Made by a program: the position numbers and the translations under genes. From a virus (taxonomy: Duplodnaviria > Caudoviricetes), in the IMG/VR virus record IMGVR_UViG_3300028888_000066, positions 1 to 64,000 of that record: DNA of 64,000 nucleotides; one strand, 5' to 3'. The notes beneath the pieces were generated by a model. That model saw only the letters and a program-made list of their open reading frames with translations. It was not told where the DNA came from and did no database searches. Below, in pieces: positions 55,044 through 64,000 of the stretch; positions within the stretch are counted from its first letter, which is position 1, and the number at the start of each line of letters is the position of its first letter.

Positions 55044-55235
55044 TTATTCTCCTTTATTTTTTAATAATAATGCAATAAATACTGCAACAAACCACATAAT
55101 TATAAATACGCCACTTAAAATTAATGGCATTGCCAACCATAGCCAACTAATAGTAATAATATTCATAATTTTTAATATAATAATTGCCGCAATTATACCA
55201 AAAATTACAATATCTAAAATCTTATCTTCATCCAT
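55044..55235 (-). CDS. small membrane protein
   Basis: Two hydrophobic segments, LK...I..SWLW...P. Confidence 0.7.
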   Translation of the reverse strand: MDEDKILDIVIFGIIAAIIILKIMNIITISWLWLAMPLILSGVFIIMWFVAVFIALLLKNKGE

Positions 55236-55304
55236 ACTCTCACCTTTCATACTTTAAACCAACGTTCTTCATGGCAATATTGACAGTGACGTAAGACTTG
55301 CATC

Positions 55305-55523
55305 TTACCGCGGTATAATACTATCCAATGATGATGACATTTCTTCTTTATTCGTATAACTAAAAATAGTGCCACAATTGCAGCAGCGACAATTGGTAGT
55401 AGTAATATTAGGATTTTCATTTATCAATATTCCATCCTTATAAATTGGAGTCCAACCCATACAAGTTGTAGTAGAATATAGTTCAGCATAATATGATTTG
55501 CCGCAATTAGGACATTTTATCAT
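55305..55523 (-). CDS. zinc-ribbon protein
   Basis: CPNCG...CCNCG, GGAG RBS. Confidence 0.75.
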   Translation of the reverse strand: MIKCPNCGKSYYAELYSTTTCMGWTPIYKDGILINENPNITTTNCRCCNCGTIFSYTNKEEMSSSLDSIIPR

Positions 55524-55559
55524 CTTTTATCTCCTCTTTCTTTTTCTTTTTCTATTATA

Positions 55560-55588
55560 ATTATAGTTTAAATTCAAAAAAAAGTCAA
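55560..55588 (-). promoter_or_regulatory. sigmaA-type promoter
   Basis: TTGACT-17nt-TATAAT. Confidence 0.75.
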
Positions 55589-55623
55589 ATAAAAAAAGAG
55601 GGTGGCTAATCGCCACCCTTATA

Positions 55624-55869
55624 TTAATACTGTTCTGGCCATACTTCTTTTGCAATAGTTCTACGGCCACTTGTATCTGTAACTTCACAATAAACATAGT
55701 CAATATCTGGACTATGATCATATGCATATGCACTTAAATAAGCATGCCATGTTTGTAATGCGGCTGCTTTATTATCTTCATTTGCGGTATCTTTAACTAC
55801 AATTCCTTTATTCCATGTGCCAGTTGTTTTATTATGATAAACCTGATGCACAAAATAAACATTGTCCAT
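55624..55869 (-). CDS. hypothetical protein, tandem paralog 2
   Basis: MDNVYFVHQVYHNK...AALQTWHAYL. Confidence 0.8.
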   Translation of the reverse strand: MDNVYFVHQVYHNKTTGTWNKGIVVKDTANEDNKAAALQTWHAYLSAYAYDHSPDIDYVYCEVTDTSGRRTIAKEVWPEQY

Positions 55870-55881
55870 AATTGTCCCTCC

Positions 55882-56127
55882 TTATTCTCGGGCTTCCCAT
55901 TCTTCTTCAACTGGTTCTCTGCCGCCTCCAGCCGCGGTAATTCTGCAATATACATAATCAATATCAGCATTATTTCCATAGGCATATGCGCCTAAATAAG
56001 CATGATATGCCTATAATGCTGCTTCTTCATTGTTCTTTGTAGGATCAGATTTTACAACGATACCTTTACTCCAAGTATCTGTAGTTTTATTATGATATGC
56101 TTGATGTACAAAATATACATTATTCAT
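55882..56127 (-). CDS. hypothetical protein, tandem paralog 1
   Basis: MNNVYFVHQAYHNK...AAL(TAG)AYHAYL. Confidence 0.8.
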
Positions 56128-56140
56128 TTATAATTCCTCC

Positions 56141-57043
56141 TTATGTCGCGGCAGCGATAGTTAAAGTCCCCGTACTCTTATCAAATGTACCTGTTAATCC
56201 AGATGAAGCATCAAATACGACAGATTTAAGACTTGCTTCACGTACTTCAACACTCCATGTTCCGCTAGATGTCAACTTATATACGTATACCTAGTCACTC
56301 ATTTGATTAATTGTTTTATTATTAGGATTCATAGAACGATAGTATTGAAATTCTACATTAGTAGGATTAGTTGTATCATTAATATAGGCCATGAAAGCCA
56401 TACGAGTTTGACTACCTGTACCTGGATTAGCATTAGATGAAGCACGACAATATACTATAACATTATTTTTATATGCATTTATAAACTCACTCCAAGATGA
56501 ATGACCATATGATAAAATGACCATAGGTAAGCCACCGCTTTTATATGTACCATCACCGGATAAGAATTTATCTTCTTCACCCGCGACTGGCGCAGGAACT
56601 AATCCACCTGCACCATCATCATTCTCTGAAGCGCCAACCATTGTAGTTGGTAAAGCATCTTGAGCAGTCCATTCACCATTACTTACCTATAATATACTAC
56701 CATTATCACTCGCAGTAACATCTGGCACTCCTGTTGGCGCCTCACCAACAGTCCAAGCGCCATTCTCTACTTTTAGGATTTCTCCATTATTACTAGCTGT
56801 GACAGTAGGAACTTGTAATGGGATTCCTAATGTTAAATGAAAATGTCCATCTACTTCTGTTAAACTAGAGGTTGGAGTAGCACCAGCTGGTAATATTGTA
56901 ACAGAAGTGGTCATATTATTTAGTTTTAACGCCGCAGCAACAGTCGTACCATTGGGGTCTACAACATTAGTTAAGGCTTCGAGCGCATCAACTATATCTT
57001 GTCCCGTTTCATCTGTTAATAAGCGTTTAGTTACATCTGGCAT
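56141..57043 (-). CDS. tail fibre-associated protein
   Basis: VP.VTAS.NG.IL.V..G.W repeats, GLVPAP.AG...KFL.GDG. Confidence 0.75.
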
Positions 57044-57315
57044 TACTCATTCACCTCCACAGTCTAACATACATATCCTTGCGCATCTACGCTTAAATGT
57101 AAAGATTTCCATTCTTCTAATGCTATTTTATCTGCTGCTGACATTAAGCCATGAGTAGTAGTAGTAGCATCTGTTAGCGTACCAATACTTCTCGCGCCGT
57201 TAGCACTATAAAATACCTGTCCTTCAATTACGTCATCAGTAGATGCTGTTGTATCAGTAATGTCCATTAATGTCTAATTACCATATATTACTTTATTTTT
57301 ATATTGATTTGCCAT
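57043..57315 (-). CDS. small structural protein
   Basis: MANQYKNKVIYG, GLMSAADK motif. Confidence 0.7.
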
Positions 57316-57329
57316 TCGGCATCACCACC

Positions 57330-57938
57330 TTAGGCATTTGGATTTACGGTACCAATTGTTACTGTTACACCACCCGCAGCATTGTCTGTTTCAGTATAAG
57401 CAATAGCCGCGACATTAATTTGTGTAATACTATTATAATCACCTAAATCCGCGGGTGTAATTGTCTGTGAAGTAGTATAGGGAGTTACACTTGCAGATGT
57501 CGATTTTACACCTTCAGATCCATTCATAGTACCAGTTACACCTAAAACTGTAACACCTTCACGGATGTTAGATGCAATTAATTTAGCCTGCTCTGTACTG
57601 TCTATACTAATACTACCACTACCATCATGATAACCTTGTTGTATAATTACACTACCGGTAACTGTAGAAATAGTGCTTGTCTGTGCGCCACGATTTGGCA
57701 TAGTACCAGTTAATTTACTACCACTTTTATATGCTGTTTTTCCTGTTAAAATTTCAGAAGCGACTGCAGTAGCATCTGTAGTATCTGCATCATATGTACA
57801 AGTACCAGTTGTGGATTCACCAGTTGGTAAATGAAACTTTTTACCCGATAACACATCAGCGCGAGTAACATCATCCTAAGTTAAATCTATAAGTGTTTCT
57901 CCACCATATATAACTTTATTAATATATTGATTTGCCAT
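57330..57938 (-). CDS. tail protein
   Basis: MANQYINKVIYG...GYHDGSG...NIREGVTVLGVTG. Confidence 0.78.
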
Positions 57939-57949
57939 ATAAACCCTCC

Positions 57950-58321
57950 TTATCCTATAAATACGGTATATCCACCAGCATCATTTGATGTTTCATAATA
58001 TGGTATAGGTTTAACGACTACATCTCCAGACATTAATTTATTTGTAGTCCTTAAAATCTATGATGTCTCCGGTAAAGGAATAACTTCATACTATCCATCA
58101 TATAATTCTTGGTTAATAATAGCACCTTGTGCCTATAAAAAGGCACCTAAAGTGTTTTTAAATTCACTAAAGGTGCCAATGTATCCAGTTTTTAAAGCAA
58201 TTTCATAAATATCCTAATACAAATTAGCAGGACTAGAAATATCCCAAGGATAAATATTATTAATCTTTGGCTAGGCGCATGGCTATATTGGAATTATAAA
58301 ACGTTTTGCTCTATCATCCAT
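57950..58321 (-). CDS. structural protein
   Basis: Six in-frame TAGs, C-terminal IPYYETSNDAGGYTVFIG. Confidence 0.7.
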
Positions 58322-58343
58322 CTCCTTTGCCTCCAATTATTTA

Positions 58344-59951
58344 TTATTCTGCCGCGGGTTCAATATATTCAGTTCCAATGATCCCACTAGTTGTATAAGT
58401 TCTTGAATTAAAACTAAATGTTCTAGTTGCATATGCACGATAATGTTCTCCTTCAGTACGCGCGCTGTCATCATAAGTCTCCCAATTACTTCCTACCTAC
58501 TTTTGAATGATAACAGTTGTACTAGATACATAATTATCAATCGTTGCAGATAATGCTCCTGTTGTTTCATCAACTGCCCAATTTACTGTATCTGGTAAGG
58601 ACAATTTAATATCAAAATTATCAAGTAATGCATCTATTAAAGATGGTTCTACAGCACCAACTTCACTAGCTGTGTATGTAGGCTTGGTCGCAGCTTTGGC
58701 CCAGGCAGATACATCTGCCGCATTACGGGCATCTGTTAATCTACTATCATTGCCCATTACTACTTCAGTTGCCGCAGCATCTCCAGATGTTGGAGCATCT
58801 TTTACAGCTGCTGTGCCTAAAAGTCCTGTAATATCAGATGCTTGAACTGCATCAGTAGCTGTAACATGTCCTTCAGCATTTACTGTTACACGATATAGGC
58901 CCGATGCTGCTGCGGTATATTGTGCGCTTGCACCTGCGTGAGCATAAGCACGTGCGCCATAGTCTCCACGATACGCAGTTGAACTTGTTTCTCCTAAACT
59001 TAAATCAGAAGCAACTTTTGTATACTGGGAACCAGACCACCTATATGAAGTATTTGTGACGGTATCAACATAAATCTTACCGGTTTCACCTGTAGCTGGG
59101 AAAGTCGCTAATGTTCCTTCTAATACATCATCAACATAGGATGGTAGCTAGCTTGCTGGCACATGCCCATTCTCATCTAATGTTGCAACATTACCCGCCG
59201 TACCTCTATCGCTTATCTAATTAGATAGTATTGAAATGTCTTGGAATGTTGCGCTGACTTTACCATCAATTTCATCAATAGTGGCAATAGTTTTGCCAGT
59301 AGTATTTGTAATTTGTGTAATATCTAAAGATTCAATAGCATCTTTTACTGCTTTGGGCGTAGCTGCTAATACTTCACTTGTACTATCTATTGCATTAGAT
59401 AATAAAGTAACTCCATATACAGCAGTTGTTGCAATATTTGGAGTTACTGAAGTGGAAGTATTTCCAGCAATACTAATACTTAAAGTAGGCTTACTATCAT
59501 TAGTTCCTGAAACTGCATCATGCCACGTAATAGCAGGAGAAAATAATGCATGAGTGGCTTGAAGCGCACCGCTGGTATTTGTGATCTATTTTATATAGTA
59601 AGCATTCCAATCAGAAGTTTCTTCTGGATAATCTGTGTCTGTATAACCTGCTACTAATGATGTCATTACATTATTTGCAGTACTTGAAAGAAGATATCCC
59701 TCTGGTTTAAACTGCCATGCAGTTGAACCCGCCGTTAAAGAACATACTTGATATGCATTTGTAGGATGTAATACAGTTAAACCTATATCTGCCGCGATTA
59801 ATTGCCCAAATATATGTGGAGATATAGTTTTTGTAACTGGATTATCTACGCTAGTCAACTGATAATTTGCTATTAATTGAGACTATTCACATATATTTTT
59901 ATAATCTAAACGTCCTATATATAGAATTTTCTCTAACTCACTAATTTTCAT
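58344..59951 (-). CDS. tail fibre protein
   Basis: VATLDENGHVPAS(TAG)LPSYVDDV, FPATGETGKIYVD, GETSSTAYRGD. Confidence 0.78.
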
Positions 59952-59966
59952 AATCCTTTCTCCTCC

Positions 59967-60668
59967 TTAAATTATCTCTAGGAATTTAGCCATCATATAC
60001 CATCCTTTCCACTTACCATAACTAATTTGCGCCCATTCTTCTCCTGGGTTATCAATTGTTACAGTCGCGCCAATTGGTATTTCTTCATATATACCACATC
60101 TTGTGGTTGGTTCTTTTCTCATTTTAACATATCGACCAGATTTTGCGGTTACTCGCGCCTTAACATTCTATTGAGGTGTCTGCGGTGCCAATGGTTCTAC
60201 TGGTTCTGCGCCCAATCTCTTTAACCATCCTTTATAAGTCCACCATCTTAAAGAAGTATCTACCTTAACAGAAGGCTACCACATATGGGTGATTTGTAAG
60301 GGATTTACATTTGTTACAATGCCAATATGCATATAATCGCGCACATCGCCATTATAATAAAGACCACCTTTTCTATAGCGCCCAGGTAAAGCATAACCTG
60401 CTTGCCCTGGTTCATATGTCTGGAATACTGCGTCTCCTATTTTGAGACAAGAGGGGCCAGTTATGGGTTCTAACTTGGTAAGTTCCTTGCGCGCGAACCA
60501 ATTGCTGCCGTGAATACCGCTCCACTTTATTCCAGCACGCCTAAAAGCGCCAATAATAAGACCAATACAATCACAAGTTCCTTTGGAGCCGTCTCCGCCA
60601 GATTTATATTTTGGCTATAATGCTTTAATAATAGCTATTTTACTTAAAAATTTTTCTAATAAAGTCAT
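59967..60668 (-). CDS. second NlpC/P60-like peptidoglycan hydrolase plus SH3b
   Basis: CDCIGLI, HGSN, MHIGIV, VKMRKEP...W..ISY...GWYM. Confidence 0.8.
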
Positions 60669-60770
60669 ACTATCACCTTCCGAGTGAGTATTCTCTAATT
60701 AAAGGTAATAGTAGTAAGGGAAAGTTATTATTTTATTTTATAGAGAAATAAAAAAAGAGCGCTTTCGCGC

Positions 60771-60971
60771 TCAAAAAATAAACAAGTCTAAATAATCGGG
60801 TTCAATGCCCAATGTGTCCTTTAAAATTTCTTCTACTTCATCCAATGAGCCATCCATGAAAGCAAGTTCCATTTCAGCCGCGCAATCGCGCACAGCTGAC
60901 ATTGCTTCATCATAACTAATATTATCCCGTTTAGCAATCATTTGAGCAAGTTCTTCAAGAGTCTTTGGCAT
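60771..60971 (-). CDS. small acidic hypothetical protein
   Basis: ORF with GGAGG RBS. Confidence 0.75.
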   Translation of the reverse strand: MPKTLEELAQMIAKRDNISYDEAMSAVRDCAAEMELAFMDGSLDEVEEILKDTLGIEPDYLDLFIF

Positions 60972-61269
60972 TATCTTTTCCTCCAATCATTCTAGGGCAT
61001 ACTAAACTATCTGGACACATTATGTGTGACCATTCAATCCTAATCATTTGCGGCTTACCTTCATACTGAAGATAGGTAATTTCATAACCGAGTGCGCGCA
61101 AAGCATCCACTACTCTCGTATTAACTTCGCCGCCATATATAATAGAGGTACCACCGTGTTGTACGCTATCAAGAATACGAATTTCAATATGGGTATAAAG
61201 AGACCAGTCTTGTGGCGTTAGAAGATACGCGGTCGCGCGTGCCTCAAGCGCGGTAAATAAAGCCAACAT
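60955..61269 (-). CDS. hypothetical protein
   Basis: ORF overlapping its neighbour. Confidence 0.65.
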   Translation of the reverse strand: MLALFTALEARATAYLLTPQDWSLYTHIEIRILDSVQHGGTSIIYGGEVNTRVVDALRALGYEITYLQYEGKPQMIRIEWSHIMCPDSLVCPRMIGGKDNAKDS

Positions 61270-61273
61270 ATAA

Positions 61274-61480
61274 TCACCTACTTCGCCACGCGCTCAAAGC
61301 AATTTCTTTCGTGGCTACTTCGGGAGTAAGGCGACCGCATTCGCTACACTTAATCCACCAACTTTCTTCGGGTTCTGTCTGATGATGGATTTCGTACAAA
61401 TGTGAGCCGCATCTACGGCAGCACATGCGAGGCCACCAAGCATTATGTTTTTCTATTTCTTCTACAAATGTTACTTTCAT
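61274..61480 (-). CDS. zinc-ribbon (Lar-like) protein
   Basis: CRRCGS...CSECG...A..AW. Confidence 0.65.
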   Translation of the reverse strand: MKVTFVEEIEKHNAWWPRMCCRRCGSHLYEIHHQTEPEESWWIKCSECGRLTPEVATKEIALSAWRSR

Positions 61481-61881
61481 TCTCTTTCTTCTCCTTCTGC
61501 CCAATGTGTTACTTGTAGGCGATAGAAATATTGATAATTATCACGAGTAATGGTAAAGGCGTATGTAGGCTGGGTAGCATCTGGGATATCGCGCCAAGTA
61601 TCAGTCATATCATTATGCTCCTTGTATTGCCACTGATATTCAAGTACACGACCTTCGCCACCAATAATTTCACTATGGAGATACACGGTGTCTCCTAAAG
61701 AGAGCGGTCTCTTATATTCAAACCAAATATTAATTTCAATATGAACTTCGGGTTCATAGATTGGTTCGGTTAGTTCTTGTGGCGCGCTTAGGTCAGTTGT
61801 AGTTGCTAGGCTTTCACTATAGGCGCAACATACACATAGCATAATCGCGCAAATCAAAATAATATTAAGTATCTTTTTCAT
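61477..61881 (-). CDS. secreted Ig-like protein
   Basis: Signal peptide, YQWQ...W.DIPDAT..TY...Y.YRL.V. N-terminal ATTTDL resembles ATPTDI of the 7432-9810 protein. Confidence 0.75.
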   Translation of the reverse strand: MKKILNIILICAIMLCVCCAYSESLATTTDLSAPQELTEPIYEPEVHIEINIWFEYKRPLSLGDTVYLHSEIIGGEGRVLEYQWQYKEHNDMTDTWRDIPDATQPTYAFTITRDNYQYFYRLQVTHWAEGEERE

Positions 61882-62062
61882 CCCTATCCCTCACTTTATT
61901 ATTAAAATTTTCTTTCTCTTCCTTAATCACTACTTCTTCGTAGTTAGAGAAATGGTTGCCGCAAAAGACACAGTTTGGGCGCAAATCAAATTGTCGCATA
62001 CGGCAGTTGCTACAATAGAATGTATTTTTATCTTTTAAAAGTCTGCTAACCATATAATTCAC
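61865..62062 (-). CDS. zinc-ribbon protein
   Basis: CSNC...CVFCG. Confidence 0.7.
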   Translation of the reverse strand: MNYMVSRLLKDKNTFYCSNCRMRQFDLRPNCVFCGNHFSNYEEVVIKEEKENFNNKVRDRDEKDT

Positions 62063-62063
62063 C

Positions 62064-62588
62064 TCAATCCCATAGTTTATAGAAATGTTCTCCTAATAGG
62101 GACATTACTCTGCGAACATTTGCCTCGCCCTGTTCCTCCAGTTCTTTCATCCGAGCAAAATACTTATCATTAAGTTCTTGAGTAGGAGTATGATACACTC
62201 CATTCTCATCTGGTTTCCACGGCTTCCATTCATCCATCAGTTTATTCATATGTTCTTCATAGTATTCATTATGTTTATCTTGCCAATCTTCGCGCCCAGT
62301 TTCAAGCAAGTCAGCCATCTCGTGAAGCCAGTCGTGCCATTTTTCTGGAGTAGTAAATGGTTCGCATCCGGGATAAGCACTGCCGTGGTCTGCCATATAG
62401 CGGAGCATATCTGGCACAGTATGAAGGAACCAACTATACCAATCCCAAACATCTCCATATGTCCAGCCATAGACAGAGCGGCGCCAAGCATCACGAATAT
62501 TGCGCCAAGCGCACTTAAACCATTTCCAGGGATGGGTTATAAGATACCGTTTATTATATGGCATATACCATACCGAGTATTTATTCAT
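62064..62588 (-). CDS. Trp-rich hypothetical protein
   Basis: 174 aa with GGAGG RBS behind the promoter at 62614-62642. Confidence 0.8.
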   Translation of the reverse strand: MNKYSVWYMPYNKRYLITHPWKWFKCAWRNIRDAWRRSVYGWTYGDVWDWYSWFLHTVPDMLRYMADHGSAYPGCEPFTTPEKWHDWLHEMADLLETGREDWQDKHNEYYEEHMNKLMDEWKPWKPDENGVYHTPTQELNDKYFARMKELEEQGEANVRRVMSLLGEHFYKLWD

Positions 62589-62613
62589 AATTAAATTCCT
62601 CCTTTATATTTAT

Positions 62614-62642
62614 ATTATAATATAATTTTTTTAAAAAGTCAA
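62614..62642 (-). promoter_or_regulatory. sigmaA-type promoter
   Basis: TTGACT-17nt-TATAAT. Confidence 0.8.
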
Positions 62643-64000
62643 ACAATAAATCTGAATTTTTCACGTATCTTGGTTAGATATTGCGGCCACTATTCTAAAT
62701 CTTTTAATGTTGCTTGCTTTTCAGCTACAGTTATTCCCGCATCTGCAAATAAAGTTGTGCATCCTCGTAGAGAATTTATAGTATGACGTGATTTATCTTT
62801 TATTCCCATTGCGGCGAAATCCTATAGAAGAGCTTCTTGTGCGGGTCCTTTTAAAGGAATGCCACGCCAACGTTCAGCAATTTCAATAATTAACTCTTTT
62901 TGATTTGAAATTCTAATTAAATTAGGGTCAACTAATTTTGGAACTGCGCCCAAATATGAATACATTTCGCGCACAGCTTCTTCTGTATTTCCCATTAAGT
63001 GCAAATAATCCTTATGGTCTTTAATAAGATGAAGATAAGCTTGTTCATTTACTTCATAAGATTTAGAGCCATTTTCATGTTTGCGCTCATTTATATACTT
63101 AATTTTAAATTGTGCGCCTTTAAGAAGGCCATATTGTTTTGCTAATTCTACCTAATTACCTTCTGCTTGAAGCTGACGGAAGTGCGCGAACATATCGGAT
63201 TGAATTTGAAAATCTCTACGCGCATTGGATGGATTAAAGATAATAAAGAGCTGGTCAAGATTACCACGAAAGCGTCCAACTTTCTACCTAATTTCAACTT
63301 CTCCATATCCGTCAATAATCATATAGTCAATTTTGGGAAAGGTAAGTGACATACCTTCTTGTAGCGTATCAGTCACAATTAAAATTGAAATATCATCTGG
63401 CAGATGTTCATTTCGCAGTGCCTCAAATAATGATTCCTTGCCATCAGCAATACGTTGTTTGTCCGCCATATCCTGTAAATCTGCAAGGGTCAGGCCGCTA
63501 TGTCCATCACTTAATTCAAGCATTAAATTCTGCGCGGCAGTCTTAGCCTATACCACATCTAAAGAAAGTGATGTTTGATTCGCACGCGAAACAAGCATTG
63601 CAACACCTTTTTTCTAATCAAGTAGTTTGAAATACCAATCTTTAACTTTACTTGCGCTTTTAAGAAATACAATACCTCGTTTACCTTCCTGCTGCGCTAA
63701 AAAGTAATCAAGTGTCATATTGGTGTTTCGGGTTTTTATAAATTGTATCTCCTTCACATACGTATTACTAACATACTTAGTGAAATCTGGAAACAAATAA
63801 ATAAAATTACTTTCCTCAGAAAAGAATTGTTTAGATAGCTCTTCAAAATATTCATCATTGGCAGTAATGAAAATGATATGGGTATTGCCGCGAGCATTTT
63901 TAATCCAATCCCCAATAATTGTGGTATCTTCCGCAAAAGATGCTTCACTAAAAAGGCCATGACATTCATCAATTACAACCCAATCATAGTCGATTGTGCC
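62639..64000 (-). CDS. superfamily 2 (DExH) helicase, 5'-truncated, TAG read-through
   Basis: VVIDECH motif II, ITAN, ILIVTDTLQEGMSL, R(TAG)KVGRFR motif VI. Confidence 0.8.

Noticed and set aside
12466-60668. Mass pseudogenisation or sequencing errors explaining the fragmented ORFs
   Set aside because: In every junction I checked the break is an in-frame TAG, never a frameshift. Conserved motifs continue across them and a CUA tRNA is present.
7655-63578. Plus-strand ORFs such as 7655-7891, 20545-21063, 31103-31540 and 62178-62594
   Set aside because: They are antisense shadows of repetitive or well-supported minus-strand genes.

Overview
The window is a 64-kb piece of a large tailed phage genome, probably infecting a Firmicute (GGAGG ribosome-binding sites, sigmaA-type promoters, a SpoIID-like gene). 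Almost everything is on the minus strand. The genome uses an alternative code in which TAG is read as Gln, so the supplied standard-code ORF track fragments most genes. With TAG=Gln the fragments join into intact genes, including a 3,285-aa virion protein. 1-17.2 kb is a dense RNA region: 26 tRNAs, a tmRNA, an HNH homing endonuclease, glycosyltransferases, and many unusual non-coding RNAs. These include a tRNA-Asn interrupted by a mini-tRNA, a circularly permuted YrlA-like tRNA belonging to a 5-copy CAGCAA stem family, a mimic of the 23S rRNA L11-binding domain, anticodon-less tRNA wrappers and small pseudoknots. 17.2-23.2 kb is an amber tRNA(CUA) followed by a RiPP-like cluster hidden by recoding: YcaO, a Cys/His/Asn/Gly repeat protein and two radical SAM enzymes. 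23.6-60.7 kb holds lysis genes, a glycosyltransferase and tail/structural genes. 60.7-64 kb holds small early genes and a partial helicase. All calls were made by eye. Coordinates may be off by a few bases and no database searches were run.
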